A stretch of 64,000 nt of DNA from Podarcis melisellensis. Its lineage: Eukaryota. Below, piece after piece: positions 11,719 through 24,595 of this stretch. The notes below the pieces were generated by a model, which ran no database searches, had not been told where the DNA came from, and worked only from the letters and a program-made list of their open reading frames with translations. How positions within the stretch are numbered: position 1 is the stretch's first letter; every line of letters starts with the position of its first letter. The position numbers were made by a program, and so were the translations under genes. The DNA is taken from NCBI GenBank assembly GCA_964234715.1, contig OZ174291.1; one strand, given 5' to 3'.

Positions 11719-12279
11719 TACAGAAAAACACAATAAAACATTAAAAGGCTTCCCTACACAGGGCTGCCTTCAGATGCCTCTATGAATTTGTCTAAACCCC
11801 TTAAAAAAACTTAAGAAGAGTTTTGCTGGATCAAGCCAATGGCCCATCTAGTCCAACATCCTGTTCTCACAGCGGCCAACCAGTTGCCACATGGGAGGCC
11901 TGCAAGCAGGACCTGAGTGCTCCCCCCACTTTGAATATCAGCTGCTGGCAGTCCTATGGCGAATGGCCTCCGGCAATGGAGGCAGAACACAGCCGTTGTG
12001 GCTAGTGGCCACGGATGGCCTTCTCTTCTGTGGGTTTGTCTAATCCTCTTTTAAAGCCATCCAAGTTGGTGGCAATCATCACTGCCTCCTGAGGGAGCCC
12101 AAATTCCACCATTTAAGTCTGCACTAGAGGAAGAAGTTATTTCTTCTGTCTGTCCTGAATCTTTCAGCTTCATTGGACGGCCCAGAATTGGATGGTGTAA
12201 TATGTTGAAACCATCTTGCCCTGATGAGCAAGCTGGCCACTGAATTCTGCACCAGCTGAAGTTTCTCCAACCATCTTTA

Positions 12280-12606
12280 GAGACGTGGGTGATGCTGTGG
12301 CCTAAACAACAGAGCCTAGGACTTGCCGATCAGAAGGTCGGCGGTTCGAATCCCCACAACGGGGTGAGCTCCCGTTGCTCAGTCCCGGCTCCTGCCAACC
12401 TAGCAGTTCGAAAGCGCAATGTGCAAGTAGATAAATAGGTACTGCTCTGGCAGGAAGGTAAAAGGCGTTTCCGTGCGCTGCTCTGGTTTGCCAGAAGCGG
12501 CTTAGTCATACTGGCCACATGACCCAGAAGCTGTACACCGGCTCCCTTGGCCAGTAAAGCGAGATGAGCGCCGCAACCCCAGAGTCGGGTCTCTTTACCT
12601 TTACCT
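12280..12606 (+). mobile_element. Sauria-type SINE
   Basis: tRNA-like head with GGTTCGAATCC and an ACCTTT-repeat tail. Confidence 0.88.
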
Positions 12607-14382
12607 ATAATGTGTTGCAGTAATCTAACCTAGAGGTCCCCGGAACAGAAATGGAAGAAGTTATTGAGAGCTACTAGCACTCATGAACCCCTCTCTCTGT
12701 GCTTCCTCTAGGGAAGTGAGGGGCATTATGAATATACACCGCAGCCTAGCAAAAACATCCAAGGAAGGTGTGACGTGGAGTCAGTCAGGGGTGCGGCCTG
12801 GGGAGGCAGAGAGGCTGGGAGAGCTGCTTCTCAGCCTGAGGTTTCCCACTGCTGGGTTCAAAGAGGCTGTGGGAGAGTTGAGCAAGTGCATGATGGATGC
12901 AGGAGGTAGGGCTTAGCAGTCTGATCATCCAAAACCGCTGAAGATGAAATCATTGCAGATTGCCAAAAAGGGGTGTGTGTGTGAGTGTGTGTCTCTGTGT
13001 GTAACAATGACAGAGCCCAGAGAGTAGAGCGGGAACCGCCACAGAGGCTGCTGGAAAAGGAATGGAAGCTAATCCTTGGGAAATGATGAACTGCGGAAGC
13101 TGGAAGGCCCGAACGGATGACAGGAGGACACTCCCTGTGCCAGCACTTCCATTGTTCAGGATCCCTGCTCCGATCTGGAGGCTGTTCCAAAAAAACAAAT
13201 CCAAAGCTTCCCCTCCTTCCCTCCCTCCTCCCCGCATTGCCCTTCTCTAATGAAACCGCCCGGCAGGAGCCTGGGAATAGCTCCGTTCCGACAATTAGAA
13301 CAAAAAGGAGGACAAAGGCTTCCGACCGGGTGGCATCCATCTGACAGGCTGGAGAAGGGAAATGAGCGTGCTCAGGCAGGCTGGGCCACGCGCAACACCT
13401 CCGCTGCCGCTTGTCAGAGCATCCACAGATGGAGTAAACAAAGCCTGTCTCCCGCTCTTCCTCTTGCCTGGGTGGGGGGCTGCGCAGAGCTCGGCACTGG
13501 GCGAAACCGAAGCGCTGCTTCCAAGCCCCCGTCCATGACAGCGTGCGGCCTGGCGAGCTGCCCGCCGGCGTCGCGTATGATAATCAGGCCGCCTTCCATC
13601 TACCGAGCCCTGGCTGAGTCGTCGCGGTTTCATTTGCAAGGACCCGGCTTCCAGGCATCCGTTCCCGGGGGCGGGGCGGGGGGGGGAGGCAAAAGACACT
13701 TTTCGAGTTGTTGTTGCTTTTGTGCGGCGGGGAAGTCTTACCAACTCCATCTCCCAGGCTTTGGCTACCAATGCCAGAGCACTGTGGTTCCGCAAAGATT
13801 GAACCTTGAAAAGGATGGAATTAGGGAGCTGGGTTTAGGATTTAGGGACCTGGGAATCTCAGGCGCTGTCTTCTCTCCCCCCGCCCCCCCGCTATGAAGC
13901 TCACTGGGTGCTCTTTAGGCAGTTACTACCTGTCACTTAACCTACCTCACAGGGTTGCTGCTGCTGTTTTTTAAATTAGTTTTTATTAACGATTGTGTGT
14001 TAGAAAACATAGAACCACGCTATATCGCCAACCAAGTGCACCACATAATCCCACACATCCTGGAAGGTGAAACGAAACAATGGGTGCACTTGGAGGTAGA
14101 TAAAACCAGAAAAACCCCCACTATGGCATACCCGTTCCTCGAAAACAAACTAAGGAAAATTCCTGCAACACTAAACAGATTCACACGGCCCATACTTAAA
14201 GGAAAACTGGCCCAAACCCCATCCTCAGTGATTCCCCTGGCTCACAAGGTGGTTGTGAGGGCAAAAGGGGGAAGAAAGAAACATGCACGCTGCTCTGAAT
14301 TGTGTGCATGAAATAAATATAAATTTAAATGAAATGAAGCAAGTATCTAGTCCTCAGGCCCATGGGGAGAGGCTTGGAAGTA

Positions 14383-14608
14383 CTGTGGCACCTTGGGTTG
14401 CAGACGCTTCAGGTTACAGACTCCGCTAACCCAGAAATAGTACCTCGGGTTAAGAACTTTGCTTCAGGATGAGAACAGAAATGGTGCGGTGGTGGTGTGG
14501 AGGCAGCAGGAGGCCCCATCAGCTAAAGTGGTGCTTCAGGTTAAGAACAGTTTCAGGTTAAGAACGGACCTCCGGAACAAATTAAGTTCTTAACCCAAGG
14601 TACCACTG
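14383..14608. mobile_element. Tigger/pogo-like MITE, same family as 9001-9225
   Basis: TIRs (left one degenerate), TA flanks, internal similarity. Confidence 0.8.
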
Positions 14609-15075
14609 TAAGGACAACGTCCGTAACTCCCAGAAGCTGGAGAGAGGCTAAGTGCTTAAATATGTTTCCATTTTTAATTGTGTTGCTTTATCCCTGATGT
14701 GTTTCCTGACCTGAGTTTCTTTGGGAAGAAGGGTGGGAAATAAATTTAAACCCTCCTCCTCCAGTGCACAGGAGATGGTGCTTTACAGCTACACAAAACC
14801 ACTTGACCCTGAGTTTGGAGGAAAGGAGAGCAAAAGGTGACACGAAGGAAGTGTAAAAGAAATTATGTACAGCATGGAGAAAGAAGGTAGAGGAAGGTTT
14901 CTGTCCTTACCACCACCACCCCGACTCTCCTAACACAAGAACCTGTGTTCTTCTTCATGTGCCTCCTCCACGAGAGGTCTGGAAAGTGGCAACACGAGAA
15001 CCTTTTGTACGGTGGCTGCCCATTTGTGAAATGCTCTCGCCAGGGAGGTTCACCTGGCGCCTTCATTATACGCTT

Positions 15076-15205
15076 NNNNNNNNNNNNNNNNNNNNNNNNN
15101 NNNNNNNNNNNNNNNNNNNNNNNNNNNNNNNNNNNNNNNNNNNNNNNNNNNNNNNNNNNNNNNNNNNNNNNNNNNNNNNNNNNNNNNNNNNNNNNNNNNN
15201 NNNNN
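15076..15205. other. Assembly gap (130 N)
   Basis: Run of N; a MITE is truncated at its right edge. Confidence 1.
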
Positions 15206-16668
15206 GTCGAACGCCTTGTGACATTTTGGCTCCTGAACGCCGCAAACCTGGAAGTGAGTGTTCCGGTTTGCTGACATTCTTTGGAACCCAAATGACAGAC
15301 GCGAGTTCCGATTGGCTGCAGGAGCTTCCTTGGTTTCCGAATGTTTTGGAAGTTGAATGGTCTTCCAGAACGGATTCCCTTTGACTTCCGAGGTACGCCT
15401 GTACTCAGGATCGATTTGAAAAAGTACCCAGCTTCACCCAGCACAAAGTTGAATGATGGAACTGGCTCCTGCAGAAGGCAGTTAGGCTCTGAAAATCCAG
15501 AAAGGGGAAACAACATGCCTTTGAATCTGATCCTGGACCAAAGTGCCACCTGGGGCCTGATGCATGGGGGGGGGGGGAAGCAAGGTACAGGGAGGGAGAC
15601 AGGTGTGTGAGAAGGGGAGAAGGAAAGAGCAGGGAGCTATTACCCAGCTGGCCTTTGGCCACCGTGCGACATCCCTTTGGTGCGGTGTGCTGGACCATTT
15701 AAATAATTAACACCCTGTCTCTCCCCCCGCCAAAAAAAAGAAAGAAAAAGAAAAGGTGGCGGGGAGGAGGGGGAATCTAAAAATTGGATGTGGAGGGACG
15801 TGGTTGTTGTTTTTTTTAAAGCACTCTAATCTTTACACGCTGATGACTCTGAGCGCTTCTATGTCTGCCAACAGACACTGAGCGGTGGGGGGGGGAGGGG
15901 GGAGAGACGTAAGACTGGCCAAGATGAGGAGATAAAGGGGTGGGGAGCCGCAAATCAGCTAAATAGGATCTGGAATTCATTCACGTGAAAATCCTTTTTT
16001 GTTTTGGCCACCTGAGAGACATCAACTGCAACCCAACCTACATGATTGCCACTGTTTGGTGGCGGTGATGCCGAGGGGGTGGGGGTGGGTTCTCTTTTTG
16101 GCACGTGCGATTCTCCCTTAGGTTATTTCCCTACTTCAAAATTTCAGGAAGTGAGGTTTAAAATGCCAAACTCATTTCTTTCTCCTTTTTTTCCACGAGT
16201 GTCCGCAGGAAAGAGGAGGGCCTCATTCCAAGAGGCCTCGCTGGGCAGTAGTACACCAACTGTGTCCACCAAATGGCTTTAAAAAATATATTATGTTGGG
16301 GGGGTGGGGAGAAGAGGAATAAAGGAGGGACTCTTCCCGCAGAGCTTGCAAAACAACGACAGGACAGAACAAAGCAAAGCGAAGTGTGCTGTCCAGCCAT
16401 GACCTAATATTGCGTCTGATTTTCTGAAAAGTTTATGCAGACTCTTGCCTCTGGTGTGCAGTGCAATTCCGTGAAAGGCGACAGGTAAGCTGCTACAAAG
16501 GTACAGCCACGTTTGGGCTGGGGTGCCAAGATCCAGGCCGGCCCAAGACATTTGGGAAGGTGTTGTACCTCGGTGGCAGAGCATCAATCCCCAACGGCAT
16601 CTTCAGGCAGGGCTGGGAAATACTCCTGCCTGAAATCCCCCCAAGAGCTGCTGCCAGTCAGTGTAGAC

Positions 16669-17013
16669 CAGGGATGCCCAACAGGCCAATCGCGATCTAC
16701 TGGTAGATCCCCGCGAGGTTTTCGTAGATCGTGGTCGATCTCTGGATCCCTTTCCTTAGAGTCATTAAAACTGACTCCTGCCCCCCCTCGCCATGCCCTC
16801 CATTGTTGTATGATCTCTGGAAGGGAAGACGGAGCTTTCTCTGTGCTGCTGTTTTGATCCATTTGTGAGTGAGTAAAAAAACAGGGCTTTTCACCTCCCT
16901 AAAAAAAGCACTCAACAACTTTGAGCTGAACCCCCCCCCCAAAACAAGGGTAGATGACTGTCAGTTTTTAATTCTGAAAGTAGATGTCAGTCTCTTGAGA
17001 GTTGGCCACCCCG
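16669..17013. mobile_element. hAT-type MITE inserted inside a tRNA-derived SINE
   Basis: 8-bp TSD GTGTAGAC at 16661-16668 and 17014-17021. Ends CAGGGATGCCCAAC / GTTGGCCACCCCG. Confidence 0.85.
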
Positions 17014-17744
17014 GTGTAGACAATACCGAGCTAGACGGACTAAGGGTCTGACTCAGTTTAAAGCAGCTTCCTGTGTTTTGGTACCGGATGAAAATTACAA
17101 GATGGCGCCTCCCTGCCGCAGTCCACATGCAAGAGTCCACCAGACTGGTTGATTCGTGTTACTGTGTGCACTGTGGTTCAGAGCAGCATGATAGGTTTGG
17201 GGGTCCAGGACAAACTGCCTTTCCCCTTAGCAACCTGCCCATCTGAGGCCCTTCTCTGCATGCCACCTATAAGGGACGTCTGTAGGTTGAACATGGCCTT
17301 TTCTGTAGTAGCCCCCAAGTCTATGGAATGCTGTGTCTCAGGAGGCCTGCCTGGTACCTACTCTCTTTTTGTCCTAGGCACCAGGCAAATACATTTTTTA
17401 GTTTCCTGGGCACCTGGGTGGTATCCACTGTTGAATGTTTTTATTCTGTTTCTGATGTGTATATTTATATTTACTGGATTCTATTCCCACAAATCGATTT
17501 GGGACTTTTGGGTTGTATACAGTGTTAGTCCTACTCAGAGTAAATCCATCAACATGAATGGGCCTAAGTGAGCCTCGCCCTTTAATTTTCAACGGGTCTT
17601 TGAGTAGGACTAAGTGTTGGAGGCAACCCTTTTTATGTGTGGGAAGCAAAATTAAAAGTTCGACAAATCTAACCTGACCAAATGGGCCGTACACAGCTCA
17701 GTGTGTGCCGTGTGGGGCCCCCTGCCCCACCTCCTTGGGTGTAC

Positions 17745-17872
17745 CTTCTGTCCTTGTTCCCAGCCACCAGCAGGGAGGGAGGGCTGTCCCGGAGATTGAC
17801 GCAGGAGAAGTCCCCCAAGGAGCTTCCGAGCTGAGCTGTGCACTGTCCCGTTTCCAAGTTGTAGAGAAGGAT
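17745..17872 (-). CDS. FBXW8: FBXW8 exon 8 (ILLYNLETGQCTAQLGSSLGDFSCVNLRDSPPSLLVAGNKDRR)
   Basis: Matches human ILVYSLEAG...DFTCVNLSDSPPNLMVSGNMDGR. ccccag / gtacac boundaries. Confidence 0.94.
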
Positions 17873-18242
17873 CTGGGGGGGGAAAAGACACACCATGGGA
17901 ATGCAGATTGTCAACCAAGGGTTAGGGGAAAGGGTGGGGATCTTCTGGCCTTGCAGGCCAGTCTTCGCCTGCCAGGGGGTCCAAAGTGGCCTGCACAGCT
18001 ATTCCCTCCCCCCGCCAAACCTACCAATCCATTAGGTGACATCACTGGGTGATGTCAACCAAGGGGTGGGCGGGTGGAGTTCAATTCTGCTGGGGTCTGC
18101 TCTGCCAATGCATTCCCTGCAAGGATTGTGCTGACCAAGCAGACGCCTGCAGCAAGCAGGATAGCACCCTCCAGAGCCTTGAGGGGTGGGCGAGATAAGG
18201 ATCTGGCCCTCTGGCCGGAGAAGGTTCCCCAGTCCTAAGTGA

Positions 18243-18380
18243 GATAGCTCGGTAGAGCATGAGACTCTTAATCTCAGGGTCATGGGTCTGAGCCCCAGGT
18301 TGAGCGAAAGATTCCTGCGTTGCAGGGGGTTAGACTAGATGACCATCATGGTCCCTTCCAGCTCTACAATTCTATGATTA
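18243..18380 (+). mobile_element. tRNA-Lys(CTT)-derived SINE with a CR1-type 3' tail
   Basis: GGTAGAGCATGAGACTCTTAATCTCAGGGTC...GAGCCCCA matches tRNA-Lys-CTT, followed by GACTAGATGACC...GGTCCCTTCCA...ATTCTATGATT. Confidence 0.8.
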
Positions 18381-20701
18381 AGAATCTGTCTCTCTGATTA
18401 AGAAAAACCAGGAGTCAGGACTGGTGAACAGAGTTCCTTTCCCTCCAGGAGGTTACTTTCCTCTTTGTGCCCTTCCAGCAACTGTAGACTTGTTATCTCT
18501 TAAAATTAACAATATTGGGGGAATATATAACATTGAAAGCTGTCTTATACTGAGTCCACCCTGAGCCAGGGACCTTCTGCATGCAAAGCAGATTCCCTAC
18601 CACTAAGTTACAACACTTCCCCAATCAGAAATGAAATTTAACTTATAACAGGGGCTGAATTGACGGCACAACCATACACAGTATTATTTGGATATGTTGA
18701 GGATCTGGTTTTGCAGAATTGATAATGTGTTTGCTAACAGCTGCTCCTACAGCAAAATGCTATAATGGAGTGCTATCCCTGTGTTAGAAGATTGGAATGG
18801 GAGAATATGGGAATTGGCTAATTGGCTCATATGATAAAACTAACTAACCTTGCAAGAGTGATAAAGGAATCAACCTAAGACGAGAAAAGATCCAGCCATA
18901 TATACCATTGGAAACAATTCACAGCCCAAATATTGAGAGGGTTAATGGTTGCCAGAGCCCAAATATTGAGTGTGTTAATGGTTGCCAGAGCAGACCCACT
19001 GAATTAATGAACCTGACTATCTTTAGCTGGTTAATTCCAATGGGTCTCCTCTGAGTAGGCCTTAGTTGGCTACAACCCAAGGTCTCTCATTTCCGTGATT
19101 GATTTCCCTTGCTTGCTTGGCTTTAATGTATTTTCATGCGTTAAAAATGAATTAAGCATACTTATACATGGGTAGGTGTATACCTGTACAAGTAGATACC
19201 GATACTCATATATTGCAATCAAATAAAAATAGGAGGAAGAAAAAGAAGAAGAATTTATATCCCTTTATTATTAACTGTAAAACAGTCATAAGTCCTGGCT
19301 GGGGAGGGCGGTGTATAATTATTATTATTATTATTATTATTATTATTGGAGAATCACAGCATGCACATCTAATATCACCTATGCATACAAAGACATGTTC
19401 TGCCATCTGTTGCAAAAAGTCAAGGCTGATCTTCAAAGGTTGCAGAAAAGCATCTTCATATGGCTCCGAAATCAATCAGTGATGGTGGCAGCCTAACATG
19501 CAGGGGAAGCGTGTTCCATCAAGAGGGTACCACCACCAAGAAGGCCCTGCTCACAGCCCCCAACATCTAGACTCATTAGATGTCCAATGCTAACCCTTTC
19601 CTCCCCAGCTGTGACTCCCCCATAAATGGTCTCCCCTTAAACCACTTAGACAATTTAAAAAACACCTCCTATTAGCTTCAAGAGAAACATTAAGTATGGC
19701 ACAGGGGAGAATTGAGGAGCAGAGGCTGAAGGTCAGACAAAGAGGTCCCCGGAGCCATATCCAAAACTTGGACTGGCAGTTCCGCACTACGGCTAAAAAG
19801 TCAGGTGGGGCTAGTTAGGTTTGATCCTGTTGACAAATTTGTTGAGAGCCACAAGCGCTGGGTGCCAAGAAGGCACCCATCTCAGACTGAAGTTCTAAGA
19901 TGGCAGCAGGGGCGACTCAACAAGATTGAAGGCAGGTTAATAGGGAACCTTTTGATTCCAGAACCGAGGGCTCAGCCAGGAAAGCGCGTACCAAACAAAC
20001 AAACAAAGGCGTCCCAGTTTACCACCAGAAATCAAAAAGGTTCTGGACCTGAAGTGGGGACTGATCTCCCCAAACGTTGAATAATTCAACGCGGCCCAAA
20101 CGCCTTAAGATGGCCTTCGCCGCGACTTTGAGTTAAAGCCCTGGGAGATTAGCAAAGCGCAGCATCCATTTCGCGGGCGGGTTCTGCTCCGCGTTACAAG
20201 TCCCTTAACGACCTTTACCGCCTCGCCCCCCCTCTCTCACTCTTTTAATAAGGCTGAGCAAATGGGACTTCATTTTCGCCGGTTGTTACAGGAGAGCAAA
20301 ATCAATTATTTATGCCCTGGCTTTCCCTTTTGTTCAGGCAACGCATTAGTCTAATGCCACCTCACCAAGACGCAAGTTGGGCAAGCTGAGACCTTTGGCC
20401 TTCGCTGGACTGTGGGGCAGTGGGGTGGGTCGGCAAGGGTGGGGGGTGCATGGGGAGAGAGATGCAGGCAAAGGGGGAAGAAATGCAATTTAGGGGATAA
20501 GCAGATACGGGCTTTACTCCAGAGATGGGGAACCCGTGGCTCTTCAGTTGCTGGGGGACTCTGGCCCCTATCAGCCCAAGCCAGCATGGCCAATGGCCAG
20601 GGATGATGAGAGATGTAGTTCGGTAACATTTAGAGGGCACCAGGTTGGGGACAGTGGCATTGGCTCAATAACTAAGGCCGCAGCCGTGCGAACAGTTAAA
20701 G

Positions 20702-20837
20702 CAGGCTTCCTCAACCTCGGACCTCCAGATGTTTTTGGCCTACAACTCCCATGATCCCTAGCTAGCAGGACCAGTGGTCAGGGATGATGGGAACTGTAGT
20801 CTCAAAACATCTGGAGGACCGAGGTTGAGGAAGCCTG
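20702..20837. mobile_element. Palindromic (fold-back) hAT-type MITE
   Basis: Long arms CAGGCTTCCTCAACCTCGG...CCGAGGTTGAGGAAGCCTG and a perfect 8-bp TSD AGTTAAAG. Many decayed relatives elsewhere (about 25500-25620, 27070-27175, 34150-34210, 48910-49010). Confidence 0.9.
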
Positions 20838-20849
20838 AGTTAAAGGTAC

Positions 20850-21215
20850 ATTTATTCAAGACGGATAAGAGACAAGACTTCTTCATGCAGTGCATTGTTA
20901 AACTATGGAACTCACTCCCACAGGAGGCAGTGATGGCCACCAATCTGGGTGGTTTTAAGAGAGGACTGGGCAAATTCATGGAGGGGAAGGCTATTGATGG
21001 CTACCAGCCACAATGGCTATGCTCTGTCTCCATGGCTGGAGGCAGTAATGCTTCTGAATACTGATTGCTGGAAACCACAGGAGGGGAGAGGGCTCTTGTG
21101 CTCAGGGCCTGCTTACAGATTTCCCACAGGCATCTGGTTGGCCGCTGTGAGAACAGGATGCTGGACTAGATGGGTCACTGGCCTGATCCAGCAGGATTTG
21201 TCTTATGTTCTTATT
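20850..21215 (+). mobile_element. CR1 LINE 3' fragment (representative)
   Basis: FFMQCIVKLWNSLPQEAVMATNLGGFKRGLGKFME CR1 ORF2 C-terminus plus 3' UTR. Other copies at about 11810-12180 (-), 41104-41925, 44800-45130, 47395-47620. Confidence 0.85.
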
Positions 21216-22544
21216 CCATTTTAACAGCCCTGGCTCCCCACAAAAAATCTTGGGAACTTTAGGCTGCCCCTCACAGAGCTACAATTGCCAGGACCCTTAA
21301 ACTACAGTTCCCAGGATCCTATTTTGCTGGGGGGGGGGAACGAGAGCTATGACTATGAAAGTCATATAAGAGTGCTTTGAGTGTGCCGAGTGACTGTGGC
21401 TTAAGTGCACATCCAGCATTATTGGGGGCTTATTCCTGCGGCCTTCCTGGTGATATTGGACTCTAATCTGCGTCAGCCCCATGGAGTGTGTGTGGCTAAT
21501 CATCACATTGGCTGGCTAAATACACACAAAGAGTGGAGATAAGGTGATTTGTTTGATTATAAGATTACAGATGAGCTAATATTCGAAAGACCAAGATCAA
21601 CGAGAGAGAGAAAATTGGGGGTGGGAAACAGTAAACCTAGCCAGAAGAAGCTGTTACATGGAGTGGGGGGGGGGGGACGAGAGATGTGTGTGTGGAATAA
21701 TAAAAAAAGAGGGCATAAAGCAGTTAATATGTATGAATAATGGATGTTTGATTTAAAAGCAGTTTACTCCAACATGATGTAATTTTTTGACAGCCGGCCA
21801 GCCAGACTATCTTGCGGCTCTGTGCCAGGGGGGAGTCAGCGTTCTAGCGCAGGGAATGCTACCTCATCGAGGATCACGTGGGCGGCGCGGCAGGGAGGGA
21901 CGCACATCAACTTCCATGCCATCCCAAAAGTGACTTTCTGTACACATACAGACTCTCTTCTCACTCAGGGGCCGAGCATACCTGCCGACCGCTCAGAGGA
22001 GGCCACCTGGGGAAATCAGGCAAAGCGGCAGTCCGCCTTCCCAGCCTACGGCAAGGCTAGATGCTCACGGTGCAATGATAATTCTTCGCAGCACCTCCGT
22101 GCAAATTAACAGAGATGCTATTTTCAAAACAAAAACACTCAGGTTTCTGGGGGGTTTCCCCCCCTTTCCTTTTTAAAGTTTGAAAAAGAGGGGGAGAGAG
22201 AGAGAGAGTCAAAGCTGCCACCGCCAAACCGAGCCAGGAGTGAGCCCGGATGTCGGTGGTGAATTTTGCCAAAGCACCTGCAGCTCCTGCTGCTTCTGCC
22301 CTGGACCTCGTTTCCCTGCATGCTGCCTTGCCAAGCGGAGTGGGCAACCGAGCCAAGCTGGGGTTAAGATGCGGACAGATGTCTGCCAGAGGCAAGGAAG
22401 GAGGCTGCAAAACTCATTTAACCTTTGGACAAAGGCAAAGTGGGGAGAGAGCAGCCGCCCAACGCTGTGGTCATTTCTCTCACTGAGATGCGAGCGGCGA
22501 AACAAGGACTACAAGCTCAGGGACTTGCTCTGTTGCGTTTAGAG

Positions 22545-22892
22545 CAGGCGTTCCCAAACTGGGGTCTGTGGACCACCAGCAGCCCATGGGATTCATGTAG
22601 CGTGTCCGTGGATTTGTGGTCGAAGGCGCACTAAATATACATATTGGTTTCCGATTGCATTTTCATTACTTCTTTTATTTCTTTCATTCTATTGCACTTT
22701 GAATTCCATGGGATTCAGAGGCAAAAGAGTAAACTATAATATCTAAGAAACAAAATAAGTGATTAAAAATGCATATTAAAATCAGCCAGGATCTAGCAGG
22801 CAGAAAAACCATTAAGTGGTCCAGCAAGAGACCCCCAGCAACTTTCAAGTGGTTCTGCGGGGAGACGGGCAGGGAGACTTAAGGAACCACTG
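22545..22892. mobile_element. Older hAT/Charlie-like non-autonomous element
   Basis: CAGGCGTTCCCAAAC...GGAACCACTG ends with an imperfect TSD gtttagag/ttttagaa. Related copy at about 54603-54955. Confidence 0.6.
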
Positions 22893-24219
22893 TTTTAGAA
22901 TATATCCAAAGGACTATAAATTATGTTATTAAAGACCAGTATCTATTTCCCTTAGTAACAATGAGGGCTAGAAACTTTCTCACTTTTTAAAGTGAACTTT
23001 ATAGCCTTGGGATTCTGCGAGATCTACTGGACAGCTCCATGGTGAATCATAGAAGCACAGTATTGCAGAATTGGAAGGGACCCCAAGGATCATCTAGTCC
23101 AACCCCCTGCAATGCAGGAATCTCAGCTAAAGCATCCATAAATATAACAAAATTAGTTAATTAAGGAGACTAGTTTTTAGACAATGGGGCTGAAAATCAA
23201 GGGCACAACACACACATATTTCTGTGAGGCTGTTTTGGTTCTGCTGTGCTCCAGCGATAGGGGAGCAATACAAGAAAATGCTTCTTCTAAGAATAAACGG
23301 CAGCTTTCGATATTTAAATTTTTAGGTTCTCAAAACAGCATCCACAGAAGATTAGCATCTGAGTTATATCAACGAACTGGCAAAAAGACACATCAGCAAA
23401 CCAGCAAGTCTTTGATCGGTTATCAGAGCAACATAAAAGAAAGGGCTGGTGTGATTTTTATGGCACAAAAAGAAGCACATCGTCTCGACAAGCGAGCTCC
23501 TGCTCATCCAGTCCTTCTGCCAACCAAGTGCAGCACCTTGGCCCAGGAAACCAAAAATGAAACATGACTGCCGAGCGGGGGAGACGGCTCCATCCCTCCA
23601 AAACCGGCCAAAACGCAGCGATACGTCTCTCGCATCAACCTGGAGATTGATCATCGCCTCCTGACCACCATAATCAACCCATGCAAAGTCCCTTCACGTC
23701 TGGGGAATAATTATCATAATAGACATTCGTAATTAAGTTTCCGGCGTGATGTCAGCCGGAGCGGGAACGCCAAGCAAGCCGGTGTCCTTGTCAGAGACAT
23801 CCTAACCGTCTGGGTTCCTTCAGCCCCGTTCCCCCTCATTAGCATACATGCCCCTCGCGAACCATCTGCCACCGCACACCAAAAAGACCTCAGACCTACT
23901 TTAGGAAACCACTCCGAATCCACAGAGCGCCATTCGGGAGGCTCCCGCGGAGCTCTTTCTTCTGGTTCCATTTGGGGCACGGACAGGGCACTTTTGTTAT
24001 GATGCCAACACCAGCCTTGTCCCAGCGCTCCTCCTGAATGTTGCACGGGAGCAAAGCTCTGATGTTGCTTCAGCAACAGCCAGCCTTAGATGGAGCCATA
24101 TGTAGAGAGCTACAGCTTGGCAAACGCCACCTTGGCTTAAAGGTGCAGGGGCCCCATCAGCTCCAGGGGTCTTGTACCCCCAATGGAAAGGGGACACTTG
24201 AGCTTTAACGGAGAGTCCT

Positions 24220-24595
24220 TTAAGGATGGCAATGTGACATTCTCACCAGCTAAACATTGCAAAGCATCGTGATATACCAATCTATCACAATGTCTGAAAT
24301 AAGGATGGAGCTATGTAGAGAAATTGCCTGCTTCAGTTTTCCCAACACTGTGATTTTTAGTATAACACACACAGAGAGAGAAAGATATCATGATTTGCAA
24401 TATATTGCCAGGCCAAAAATTATGAAACCACTATCACGATATAGACTTCAAACCGGTTTTGGATGATATATTGCCCAGCCCTAACACACATCTTGATTTG
24501 CAACATATTGCCAGGTCAAAAATTATGAAACCAATAGAGCGATATGGACTTCAAACTACTTTTGGACGATATATAAATATATCGTCCAGCCCTAT
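24220..24595. mobile_element. hAT-like element with a duplicated right end
   Basis: About 105-bp segment ending in CCAGCCCTA occurs twice in tandem. The left part matches 61478-61585 (AAGGCTGGGCGATAT...). Confidence 0.5.

Noticed and set aside
13250-13897. 215-aa ORF on +
   Set aside because: GC-rich open frame running into a SINE, with no recognisable domain.
14863-15549. ORFs spanning the N run
   Set aside because: Inflated by the assembly gap and overlapping a MITE.
18243-18306. Functional tRNA-Lys gene
   Set aside because: Acceptor stem and D-arm are damaged, the B box is mutated, and it is fused to a CR1 tail, so it is a SINE or pseudogene.
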